DNA of 63,960 nt, counting the filler, from Choristocarpus tenellus KU-1152 (taxonomy: Eukaryota > Protista > Phaeophyceae): the NCBI GenBank assembly GCA_964200185.2. It is 12 parts of 12 records of this genome, joined end to end, with 100 filler letters (N's around TTAATTAATTAA, not from the genome) between each part and the next. Parts side by side here need not be neighbours in the genome. Positions count along the whole stretch, not along the records: positions 47,125 to 53,371 come from CAXNAD020008581.1; positions 53,472 to 58,360 come from CAXNAD020012658.1; positions 58,461 to 61,291 come from CAXNAD020024362.1; positions 61,392 to 63,960 come from CAXNAD020026696.1; 8 more parts are not named here. One strand, given 5' to 3'. The notes beneath the pieces were generated by a model that worked only from the letters and a program-made list of their open reading frames with translations, searched no databases and was not told where the DNA came from. The position numbers and the translations under genes are program-made. Every line of letters starts with the position of its first letter. The first letter of the stretch is position 1. This document shows, in pieces, positions 50,067-61,842 of the stretch.

Positions 50067-50718
50067 ATAGTTGTAAGCTGCCCGATTTTGCTTGAGATTT
50101 TGGTGGGCAACCTTTTAGTGTTTGCACAATTCACCCATAAAATATGAACATGTGATGAAAGATCTTGCTTCTTCATCAGGTCAAGAGTTACAATCCATTT
50201 AATTCCGAACGGAGGAAGTACTAGAAAACGCTTCGACGTCAATAGAGGAAAAATATTATCATTTGAATGTCAAAAAAACTTCCAACAGAATTAAAAAACA
50301 TACTCTGATTGTCGTATTAGAAGAAAAAATTAAAAAACAAATGAAAGTAGTGAGAAAGCATCATACTATAAAAATAGTAAGTATTGATCGCCCTCCTGCA
50401 AACATGAAAATCTTAGACAATTATTTTTTCGCATGTTTATATTACCATAGTCGAAATGTATGCATTTGGTACAGTTGTTAAAACATGGCTGATATCGGAA
50501 GCAATGACCAGGCTGCCCTTTGTAGGTTGAAGCGCACCTGTAGTCACTTTGGTTCCTTCACTGGTGAGCATGTTATTGCTCTGGTGCTCTGAAACAACAG
50601 CATTGCAAAGTGGTGAGATTTAGGGCAACCCTGTAGAGGCAGAGCAGGCTGAACAAAGCTATGAAATGTACTGAGTAACATTAATGGCAGACGACCAGGA
50701 GCACACTCCCCAATAGAA

Positions 50719-50754
<36 letters not shown>

Positions 50755-52269
50755 ACCCCTGAACCCTCCACACCCNNNNNNNNNNCTGAGAAAAATTAAT
50801 GGCAGAGCACGAGGCACAGACTCCCCCATAGGGTCCCCCCCCCCCCCCTCCCCCCCCGTTTCACACAGTTGGTGTAATGCATCTGTGTGACATACCCGTA
50901 ACATTGAAGTAGTAGTAGTGTTCTCACTTTGTCCATGGTGCAGCATTCATTAATCAAATATTGTTAAGAACCGGTAATCCAACCTATTCGGAAGGCGGTA
51001 GATTTCCCAACAAATACTCTCTCAATACGTCAGGGCATTAGATGATTCCATGATGCTTTTCTTTGTCACATTGAGGTGGCATTGCACACGAGTATTGCTT
51101 CTTCATACACACTACTAGCGGACTCCAACCTAATCGAGGATATTGACACAAACAACCCCACAGGACCAACATCCAACAGAGAGTTAGTTGCAAGGCATGC
51201 GTGCAGTAATCAACCCATATTGTTTCATATTGCAGGATATAATGCAAAGCCCTTTCCTGTGGAGTATCAACACCTATACTATGACAAAGACAACTGTTGA
51301 CGAACCCAACACCACTACAGGAATTGTGTGTTGTCTGGTGTCCAACCGCTACAACATCCAGAGGCCGTACAATCCACTCCAAAGTCACAAGAAGACAGGA
51401 CCTGAAATACACACAAACAGAACATGAAAGACAAAAGTGAGAGTTAACAATGTGATACACAGTACCATACCATACCATACCATACCATAACCAATGCAAA
51501 AACACCTACACAAAACCTTGTCCTACTTCACCCTCACATCTTCTCGGTACACCCTGTTCAACAACCAACATCTAACTCTTCCACCTCTTTGACACACACA
51601 AACACACACATACACATACACCCCTTTCCAAAAGAGCACAAAATAGCAATACCCCGTCTGCTTGCCTACCCTCTCCAAACCAGCCAATCGCTGTCTTCGT
51701 CTTTTATCACTGCAAGAGCACACATAATGGAATCTACTTGCGCTTGTCTTCTTAGTGGCATGCCATGCCCATGTCCTGTCTCCTCCTGCTGAGTAACAGA
51801 GCAAAGTCAGTCACCCCTCTCAACTGACAGCAAACAACACAAGGATTGCTGAATATTCTCAAAAAGCATCCATCATTGGCACCAATTCTTCTACTCAGAT
51901 GTTGGGTTGTCCCCCCCTAGCCTCGTACCACCTACCCTAATCGGGGAGGACTTCCATTCATGGCACTCACGCCAGTCAGTCGGCATTAAAAAAAAATGAA
52001 AAAATGCCCCCCACCCCCTCAAACCCTAACTCTTCCCCCTCCCCCTCCTTCCCCTCATCACAGTGTGCTCTCTTCAGCACTTAACTCCAAGCACCGCAAC
52101 ACAAGATAGAAAAATGGTAAGGCATGTGTGTGTCTATCTCAGTACACACACCCAAGCACACATGAAGAGGTAATTAATCCCAAGAGGCCTGTGTGCCCAC
52201 TGCGCCCCGGGTAGGAGAGATGTGCAGGCAGCGGAATGTACTCTGGCATACACACTGGCCTCTTTGCCC

Positions 52270-52478
52270 TCAGGGGGAGGAAGGCTGAGTTGGAGAAGAA
52301 GACTCCGAGAAGAAGCTACTGAGCAAAGCAGTCTCTGCTGTGGCCCTCTCACTAGGGTCTAGCTTGAGCAGGCACTCCAACAACAGGTTCATCCCTGATT
52401 TTTCAACTGGGGCTGTGATCTCCTGTTCAAGTCAGAGGCAGGTACAGGGCATTTGTCTCTGTGAGAAAGAGAGGGGTC

Positions 52479-52519
<41 letters not shown>

Positions 52520-53055
52520 ACTACATAGGATTATGTTCTTATGTTACCCACAGCAACACACAGAAACCTCCCACCACATTAACCCCAACAATGAAGTGCA
52601 TGCAACTGACCACTTAATCAAAGGAACACTAAACTGCCACTTAATCCACATCTTAACTTCCTCCCAGAAACTTCCACTCGTATCCTTGGGCAGGAAGTTA
52701 AAACAACATGCTGCTCCGGAACAAGCAATACACGGTTATATAAAATAATCAATTCTTGATCAATTCTTAAATTAACTGGGAACACTAAACTAACTTTTGT
52801 CCCCCCCCCCCCCCCTACATGCCCTTCCATCACCCCTCAACACAAAAAACACACACACACACACACACCACACCACACCTGGAGCTTCTTCATATATCGG
52901 ATGTGCTTTCGTCCCTCTTGAGGACACTCTGTGTGACCCAATGCAACACCTTTTCGATTGAAGTACTTGTGCTTCACAGGTGACCTCACTAACATGCTGG
53001 TGGGAAATATCCCCAAACACTTCTCCATAAGTGCTAAATGTTCCAAGTTGTCATG
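52270..53055 (-). CDS. LAMMER/CLK-family dual-specificity protein kinase, last two exons (53055-52879, 52422-52270)
   Basis: HDNLEHLALMEKCLGIFP (LAMMER motif, subdomain X) spliced in phase 0 to EITAPVEKSGMNLLLECLLKLDPSERATAETALLSSFF...* (subdomain XI). Confidence 0.88.
52482..52514. repeat. (GT)n microsatellite in a kinase intron
   Basis: Direct dinucleotide run. Confidence 0.95.
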
Positions 53056-53619
53056 CTAAACACCAAAAGAGAAAAGAAAAGAAAAGCAATGTTACTTGTG
53101 AGTATGCACAAGGCTGATCTGACGGCCTCACCATAGTTACAAATCACATGCTATTCACCACTTCTTATGTAGCTCCTAGTATCTTTCCTATATCTCTCTC
53201 ATGAATGATGATGACGACAGCATATCGTTTGGTTTTACTTTTGATATTTAATTTTGTGGCTGGTGATCTGTAAAATAAATGAAAATCATTGGGAGGACAT
53301 CGGGGGGGGGGGGGGGGTTTTTCAAAAACACAAACAAAGAAAGAAGAAAAAAAAGAGGGGGGGGGGGGAAANNNNNNNNNNNNNNNNNNNNNNNNNNNNN
53401 NNNNNNNNNNNNNNNTTAATTAATTAANNNNNNNNNNNNNNNNNNNNNNNNNNNNNNNNNNNNNNNNNNNNTCATCAGGGACAAACTCGAGGTGCTTCAA
53501 ACTGTCGAAGTTGGGGTCTTTTGGGGTGATTTTGAGGTCAGAACTGGGCACATCAAGGATCAGAGCGTTGGCATGGCAACCCCCCCACCCCCCTGTGTAG
53601 GAAGGGTGCCCAAGTGTCC

Positions 53620-54872
53620 CTGAATACCAGGGTTGCGCTTGCAGTGCGGCATGCCCTCGCGATGGTCCCTGGTGAGCATTAACTGCCTGGACACATTAGA
53701 CTAGCCCACGTAGAGGAGTTTGGAGCGTCCGAGCGTTATAGGCGAGGACTCTTGGAGGATGTCACAAATCAGCTCACCCGTGGTCACATGCTTGACCTAG
53801 CGGTGGCAGCATGTAGTGGACAGCCTTCGGAGCTCACACCGACCAAGATGGCCACAAGTGCGTCAGGTGACAATGAAGATGGCTGGCAAGGGGCTGAATT
53901 GTACCACGAGCACCATAAACAGGTGGCTGGATGATATGGGAGTCATGCCGAATCGCTGCTGGATCAAACCCAAGCTTAAATCGTGGCAAAAGGTACGGAG
54001 AATGGACTTGGTTTCCTATCAAGTGGACTGGAAACGTGGTGTGTACGCTCTCATGGCAAACACAATCCATCTGGATGACAACTGGTTTTACGTGATGGCT
54101 GATGGGGAAAGGGCTAGGGTATTATTTCCACATGAGGATGGTAGCGACCTTCCAGGGTCCTCTACCGTGCAGCACAACAGTCATATCCCCAAAACCATGA
54201 TCATTGCAGCCAACATCTGCTTAGATTCGGCTCACAGCTTTGATGGAAGGCTTGGTGTTTGGTGTGTGTGTGCACCAAAAACGGCAGACAGGACAAGCAA
54301 GAACCATAAAAAAGGGGGATGTGTCAGAGCAGGACTGTACTTTAGACCATTTGTGGTACAAGAAGTGGTATGTGGAGGAGTTGCTTCCTGCAATCAAGAC
54401 CAAGATGCCTTGGTTACGGGGGAAGCACGTTGTCATTCAGCAAGACGGTGCCACACCATACACGGGCAAGGGTAACTCAGAAATCTTGTCAGGGGCAGGG
54501 AAGACTGAAGGGTGGTCGATTAGGCTTGTGGCGCAGCCATCTAACTCCCCTGACCTCAATATCATGAACCTGTGCTTTTTCAGGTCTTTGAAATGGTGGG
54601 TGATGGGGGAGCGGTTTGGGTCTGTCGAGGAGATGGTGAAGGTCCTTAAGAAACAGTACGAGGAGTATGATGAAATCGCACTTGAGAGGGCTTGGCAGCT
54701 CCTTTTTGTGGTGTACAATCAAGTACTTAGATACAAAGGGGTGAATGACTTCAGTGTGGAGCACACAGGGGTAAGGAAGAGGCAGTTGTTTTGTGAGCTT
54801 GAAAACACGCCGAACGTTAACATGGGGACATTTTCTGTGACTGATAAAATTGTGATGGATGGGGAGTACTAA
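53620..54872 (+). pseudogene. Mariner-type (DD39D-like) transposase pseudogene
   Basis: IHLDDNWFY, VQHNSHIPKTM, FDGRLGVW, VIQQDGATP and QPSNSPDLNIMNLCFFRSLK motifs; frameshifts near 53850 and at the A7G5 run near 54310; third catalytic D replaced by N. Confidence 0.9.
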
Positions 54873-55709
54873 TAATAATAAGAGCTGACCCTAACCAGAA
54901 ATTCAAGGATTCCAAATCTTCTTTCAGAAATGAATTTCATCAACACCTTCAAAGGTTAGGGACAACGCTGCACAGACTCATGGCACGGAGGAAGTATATT
55001 ATTAGTAGGATACAGTTGTTGGTGCATGATACTGTCAGCGCCTGCAAAGGTGTTCAATATAATTCGATTTTCATCTTGAAGGGGAGAATATGTCTGGTTG
55101 TTTTCACTACTATGTCAGGCGGACCGAGCAAGCCATGCGTATCATAGTTTGAAGTATCCTTGGCATTATTTGTGCAATCCATGTAGTAAGAACAAATATC
55201 AAGTTAGGTTTATGGAAATACTCAAACTCGATCTATTCATGCTACAACAGCTTCAACTATTAATATCTTCATTTTATTTTGTACTGCCAAAATACTATCC
55301 AAGGTTTGGACCCAAAGCATGATGCAACTGCTTTGCGACATACTAAATAACCAGTCAATTTCAGAATGCTCGGATACATAGATATCCCTATGAGCTTTGG
55401 CCCTTGATTAAAGCGACGTTGGAAATGCTGGGTGGCAGTGACTGGGCCTATTTCTCTTGATTCACCTAAATTTAAGCTCATTAGTAGCGTCAACAATCCA
55501 TTTCTTTTCTTTCTTTTCTCTTTTTCACTCAAATTTGTTGTTGCTTTTGTTTTGAAGTTATTTTGCCCTTGAAGATAGTAGTTACGACAATTGTTACTAC
55601 TAAGAAGTCCACACGCACGTACACAACATGAGACTCTAACCCATCTGTTGAAGAATTTCGGCAGCTTATGGCGACGGTAGCGAATATCTGTCAAGAAACA
55701 TTGGCAATC

Positions 55710-55918
55710 TCATGTTGGAATCTGATAGAGTCGGCGAGGGAAAACATCCCGTCGTCCAGGCCACTTTGCCCAGCACATGGCCTCCGGCTGGGCATGTACC
55801 AGTCGAAGTGGGTCCTGTGGAACCCTTGTTGAGTGAGTTTCACTGTGGGTCCTGTGGGGAGTGAGTTTCATTGCTCCGACAACAGTGCAGGTCAGGATTG
55901 ATTCCCCTAATATTCGCA
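55710..55918 (-). mobile_element. Degenerate Ty1/copia pre-integrase/integrase fragment
   Basis: TCTVVG...STRVPQDPLRLVHAQ...PGRRD resembles the copia C..C..K...R...PL.LVH.D...GG..Y pattern; interrupted by the solo LTR at 55924. Confidence 0.45.
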
Positions 55919-55923
55919 ATACA

Positions 55924-56286
55924 TGTTCGTAGATAGTTCTGCTGATGCACTATAGACACCACCGGTGGATTATGTGACAGGACGGAGAGCCAGTGACATA
56001 TATCATATCTCCTGACCCATAGTGTCCATTGATTTCTGTGTTATGTTCAAGATACACTTACCATACTTAAGACGTGTGAGAAAGTGATGCATAGCAAATT
56101 CGTTGGACGATTGCAAACCCTATAGGAATGGTAATGATAGTCTAGGCTTGTCTCACGCACTTATTCAGTCAGCAGAATCGAGACCATAAGCCTCTTGTAA
56201 CTCTAATATTGCATATGTACATTAGGCTATTCACTGTCCTTCATCAAAGCACCAATGCCGCGGGTCCAGTGTGGAATACTTCAACA
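55924..56286 (+). mobile_element. Solo LTR with 5-bp TSD ATACA
   Basis: TGTT...AACA termini; ATACA at 55919-55923 and 56287-56291; homologous to 15532-15912. Confidence 0.9.
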
Positions 56287-58044
56287 ATACATTCCACAAT
56301 TTTGTTGGATGTAGTCGAATGATCCTCAATGTTTTCACCAAGCAGTCTCATTGAGACACTTCAACAATGACTTCGTTGGGAAATAGTTCAAATTCCGTCT
56401 GCAACTCCTCCTTCTGGCACTCTTTTCTATCCTAAAAATCTTCAAGAAGCTTATGCTTTGCACGCTGTCATCATTGCTATTGAGCTAAGCGCATGAAGGG
56501 GTTGTTGAAACATAGGTTATTCATCTTTTGTGTTATTGACACTACACAGTATTATCAGTTCACAGTGACTTTTTGATTCGCACATCAGTACTACTGGTCG
56601 TTACTCACCTTTTACATAATTGATACTGTATTATAGGATCATGGATTACCGGTGCAAGTCCATGGTTCATAGGAAGTATAAAACAGTATATATCTCAAGC
56701 ACACAAGCATAGTTTGTGCCACATCAGTTGCCTCAGATATTGATCGAGGTTTGTCTCTATCTTTTTCATCTTCACAGTACAACCACCATTGTATCTCACA
56801 CAATGTTTCTTCTTTTTTTCTTTGGTTGGCCTTCCTCCCACTTAGACCCCGAACTCACTCTACACTATGTGTACCTGATACACAACTGGATGCTATATAT
56901 TCAGAGTTAAATCATCCACAAAACCCTTCTTCACAAGGTGACTAGCCTTTGTACAGAGCACGAATCTCTTCCTTTGGATCCACCAAGGAATACTCACGTC
57001 ACTAGACCAGACAATCTCTGACTGTGCAAATCATGTCACTAGGTTCACCAGCCAGAATTCAACGGTGCTTCACTGACTACGACACCCCTTCACTACAAAC
57101 AACCTGTCACTGTACAAGAGAGCATGATTCAGTCAACCTCAGGTTCCAACAGGGTATGAGCCTCACACGATTTCCCTTCGTAAAACACGACCTACATTTC
57201 AACAGGGGGTGAATTGAGTGTGAGCCAAACCCTACACTGTCAAATCCGAAGTTACCGTGCTCATCTGTGGCTAGATGAAATTCCACACAACGAAGAGCAG
57301 GACACATTTTTTTGGAGCGGGAAATGGGGGGTGTTCTTATCACTTTGCTGCCTCTACTACGCTTGCCCCAGCATGATATCTAGAAAGAGCATGCTAAAAC
57401 AAGTAGACGATGTTTCACCCATCACATGGCCTCTTGTATGATTCATGAGCCTCTGCCGCACCTTGCGACTACTTTGAAGTATTGCTCCATAGAGTAAGAG
57501 GTAGGTAAAGAAGAATTTCGAACAATGACACCGAATCAGGTGTTAGATCAGTTGTGTGGAGTGGTTCGCACTTTCCTTTACCTCCAAAAAATTGGCAACG
57601 TGTAACATCGTGTGTTACACAGGGCTTAGGGTACAGAATTGTCCAACAAGGGACAGTCTGAAATTAGTTGCCTCCTAAGGTTTCCAGGCACATCTCACTT
57701 CTCGTTTCTACGTGGACACTACAGTATATAGGATGCTGGAGAAGTCTCTCGTATGAATGGAAATGTTGGATGAGGTAATCGTGGAAGGTGCATTTCATTA
57801 GTAATCCACTGGATTCATTAGTTATCCACTCGAAGCGGGTCGTTAATGACAGAGTTATGGAACGACACCAGTGGAAGAAAAAATATGAACCTAGCCCTAA
57901 CCTTAACTAGAAAAATCGGTATCATTTCATTAATTCTTCCAGTTGATTTTTTCTTGTCAACAACGGCTGTGCAATTGTACGTTGACTGGATGCCGAGTCG
58001 GAATACTCCGGAGTGTGTGTATCAGTGCAGCTGGTACTGATCAG

Positions 58045-58242
58045 CTACTTGAGGACAATCCAGGTGGTCGGCCTTAGACGCAGGGGTATCCCACAATCCA
58101 ACAAGATTCTCCAGGCCTTCTCTTCATCATATGGAATCAAGTCGTTCTGTCTGGACACAAATCCGTACTCCATCCCAGTGTCTATCATCTCCATATCTCT
58201 CAAGATGGCCCTTGCATCCTCTAGATTCGTCTCATTTGCCAC
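58045..58242 (-). CDS. Possible terminal exon of an unidentified gene
   Basis: TAG acceptor, then open, protein-like VANETNLEDARAILRDMEMIDTGMEYGFVSRQNDLIPYDEEKAWRILLDCGIPLRLRPTTWIVLK*. Confidence 0.35.
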   Translation of the reverse strand: MANETNLEDARAILRDMEMIDTGMEYGFVSRQNDLIPYDEEKAWRILLDCGIPLRLRPTTWIVLK

Positions 58243-58277
58243 CTAGTACAGTCAACACCATGAATCGATAGAAATGA

Positions 58278-58360
58278 GACCCAAAGTATCTGGGGGGGGG
58301 GGGAGGGTTCTACACCAGGGGGTCCATTTGGGGCAAAAACGGGAAAGAGCATTTACATAA
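58278..58360 (+). mobile_element. MITE family A left part, cut by the contig edge; other truncated ends at about 4837, 10914, 34104 and 61191
   Basis: GACCCAAAGTATCTGGGGG...CTACACCAGGG. Confidence 0.85.
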
Positions 58361-58460
58361 NNNNNNNNNNNNNNNNNNNNNNNNNNNNNNNNNNNNNNNN
58401 NNNNTTAATTAATTAANNNNNNNNNNNNNNNNNNNNNNNNNNNNNNNNNNNNNNNNNNNN

Positions 58461-58562
58461 ACATACATACACACATACATACATACATACATACATACAT
58501 ACACACATACATACATACATACATACATACACACATACATACATACACACATACATACATAT
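58461..58562. repeat. (ACAT)n microsatellite with ACAC interruptions
   Basis: Direct reading. Confidence 0.95.
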
Positions 58563-60135
58563 ATAGCAGGCAAAACTCGGATACCTCTCAAGAAACAACT
58601 GTCCATTGAAGAAGAACACTCTGACTGTTGAGAATAAGGTGTAGAATGGTGCAACACAACTAGGCTGGTTGATTGAACCCAAACCTGGGCCTAGATGGGT
58701 GCATATCCTCCCCACCCTTAAGGGTAGTATTATCAAGAAGCGTAGACTACTTCAGTTCAGCATCCATTCGAACAGTTTCAAGGCGGAGAAATCACTGCAT
58801 TGGTAAAGCGTTTTTTTTGTGACTTTGGGGCATGTGGCGAAGTGCAGGTACTATAGACTAAGTCGGACATTGCTGAGCTTCTAGAGCAACGTCGTAGAGC
58901 TAATGCGTTTTTGCAAGACCCACACAAAAAAATCTGATACCACCTCGTTCTGCAAAAAAAAAAAACTGTTGGAAGTGATACGGAAGAGAGGAAGAAGTAT
59001 GCTCTTCATAATTCCAACCGTGCTTCGAATAGGATAACGAAAAATAACATGCCCTAACCCTCACATAGACGGACCGCACTGTAAAAACGAAATAGTAAAC
59101 ATCCATCGGTATTCCTAACGATAGAGAGCAATGTACTGCCCTACGCTTATTTATTTATACAAACTCCCCTCCTCAGTGCGATCCTTGACAGTACATTGTA
59201 CGGAACCGGTGGATTGCATTATTTTGCAAGTCCCTCGTGATCAAAAAGACCAGACCACCTCTATCAGGTCTCTCACACGCACAAAACCCCGTGGGGCCCG
59301 CTTTCCTCTTCCCCCCTGCTGCTCCCATCGCCCACTCTCCCTTCTTCCACTCCTTATTGAAATCCTCGCTAGGATGGAACGGTCTACACAGGGTGCTTTG
59401 AGAATGGAAGGCCAATCAGGGAGGGTACCTACGTGTTCGTCAGTGGCATCACTCAGAAGGGCCGGTATGTGTCATCAGTAGCAGAAGATGCAGACGAGGA
59501 GGAGCCCCCAACCCTCCTGTGGGAGGGACAGACTGTGATTGTCTGTTGATGATGCAGGGTGACGATGCGTCTGAGGACCAACGGCAAAGGATGAAGTATG
59601 TGCTACAGCTACGGGGAGTGGGTGATGAGCGATAGCATGGACTAGTAGTAGTAGCCCCAACACAAAGTAGCAATGGTGGCACGAGACAATTACGTGAGGC
59701 GCAGGATGATTGAGCGAGCAGGATGATTGAGTGAGATATGGTGTTGTGGAAGGATCGTTGTTGTCGGGTGTTGTTGGGAAAAGAAAAACAATATGCAGGT
59801 AGTGTATGTGTTTTTTTTTTCTTCTGTTCCACGCTTTTTGTGTTGTATTGTATGTCAGGCTTTTTTGTGTGCATTTTTATCTGCCAATGCAAATGAAAAC
59901 AATCATTTTAGGGTATGCACGATATATATATATATATATATATGTTTAAGGGTCTTCTTCAACCAAAGAGCTGTGTATTCAGGTGAAAATTCTATGCCTC
60001 AAAGCACAATATAACAAGAATACCAATAATGGTCTTATGCCTTTGCAGCAACAAAACAAAATACTCTACATAGAGTGATGATATTACGTATGAAATATAT
60101 TTGCTCAAAGAAACATTTCACCATGCACAGCCTGC

Positions 60136-60618
60136 AAGACAAAGCCAGCGAGAGGTACCGAGGGTTGCATTTGAAGCATCCTGACAATTATGTCCAAATT
60201 TTGGCACTTTGTACAAAATGTAGGGGATATTCTGAATTGCGTCGAAAATTTTCAAACAATAGAGGAATCTATGTTCTTAAATCAAACATTTGAGATTGGC
60301 TTCCCTCAGGGTTTTTAAGACATTTTCCTGCTTCAAAATGTTTCGGAGTAGGTAAAATGTATACATTATGAAAAGTTGTGTCCGGAACAAGGATATTGAC
60401 ACTTCCTAACAAATACGATGGCCAAAATTATATCAAAATCGCAATATTGGATTTTGGCCCCCCAAATGGACACAGCTCTACCCTCTAAGATAATCTATCT
60501 CAAACTTAGCACTTCATCCATAGTAATAGTGGTATGGGTGAATCACACAAGATAAAAAAGATGTGGCTTAAAATGTAAAAACGACCAAAAACTGGGTACC
60601 TCTCGTTCACTTTGACTC
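60136..60618 (+). mobile_element. MITE family C interrupted by a truncated family B element (about 60295-60492)
   Basis: 60136-60270 and 60496-60618 match the two halves of 19244-19499; the middle matches the reverse complement of 62894-63100. Confidence 0.72.
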
Positions 60619-61842
60619 TCTGGACAAAAATGTGATGATTGATGTAGTACTTTGATGTAGTACTGCTCATCAAGGCGGGAACAAGGAGGGATATGAATTG
60701 ATCAGCACAAATCAAAGACAATGGACATGTATGTATCTATGTATCTATGAATGTATGCATGGATGGATGGATGTATAATTGGAATTCATCATCAGGCAAG
60801 AGCTTGGAAGTTCAACCAGTTAGCAATTGTCTTCTAACACCGTTTAGAACGAGTTTTTAGTGAGTAGGCATAACCATCTGTCTCGGGCACTATCTGACTA
60901 GGTACTCTAGACTACTATCATTCTAGTGAATGTCACAGATTGACATGAGTGCTAACAAATCTCAAAAAGCATGTTGATATAATGACCATGACAATGTGTA
61001 TGCTTACTAAAAAAAAACGTCCAAAGTAATGAAGGGATGAAGTCGGATTGACCTCATAGGTAGGTGTAAATACCTTGTAGCAAAATTGTATCAACTACCA
61101 TACATACGGCATCTCCATTTTAACTTTAATGGGCACTACGGCTGTACTTGATGGATTACTGGCCTTGAAATGTCCTACAAGGCCTACTCTGGCTCGAAGT
61201 ATCTGGGGGAGGGGAAGGGGGGGGGGGGGGGGGGCTACCACAGGGGGGCAACTAGGCCCCGGACGGGGGGAGGGGGGGGAGAGCGGAGAGGNNNNNNNNN
61301 NNNNNNNNNNNNNNNNNNNNNNNNNNNNNNNNNNNTTAATTAATTAANNNNNNNNNNNNNNNNNNNNNNNNNNNNNNNNNNNNNNNNNNNNTTATCTATT
61401 TTCTCGAGCAAGTTGTTGGACTTGTAATATATCGCAAGAGAATAACAGGGAGGGGAAGAATAAGGCCACAACAGCCCAGGGCTAAAATATAGTAAAAAAC
61501 CCCCATCTTGCATCACATAAAATAGAGAAAACATGAAGTTTTTTATTTTTCTGCTTATTCGTTGTACCCCTCTTCCCCTTGCCACCGCAAGAAGTTTTGC
61601 ACGTCACCTGAAGAAATAATGGGCTTAGACTCTCATAAGTGTTTTACCGGGAATGAAAGAGACACACGAACAACCTGCTTGAACTAAGTACTGGACGAAC
61701 GAAAGATCATTAATAAAAAACACTCCCGTATCCTCTGTTTGCCGTTGGTCAATCATTATTTTGCCTTGAAGTGCGCCCACACGCCTCTCACCTCCCCCCC
61801 CCTCCCTCCCTCCCTCCCGCCGTCCCGATTATCTTCTTACAA

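Noticed and set aside
50680-50856. Near-duplicate ATTAATGGCAGA...CCCCC segments
   Set aside because: They flank a 10-N scaffold gap and poly-C tracts; probably redundant low-quality read ends
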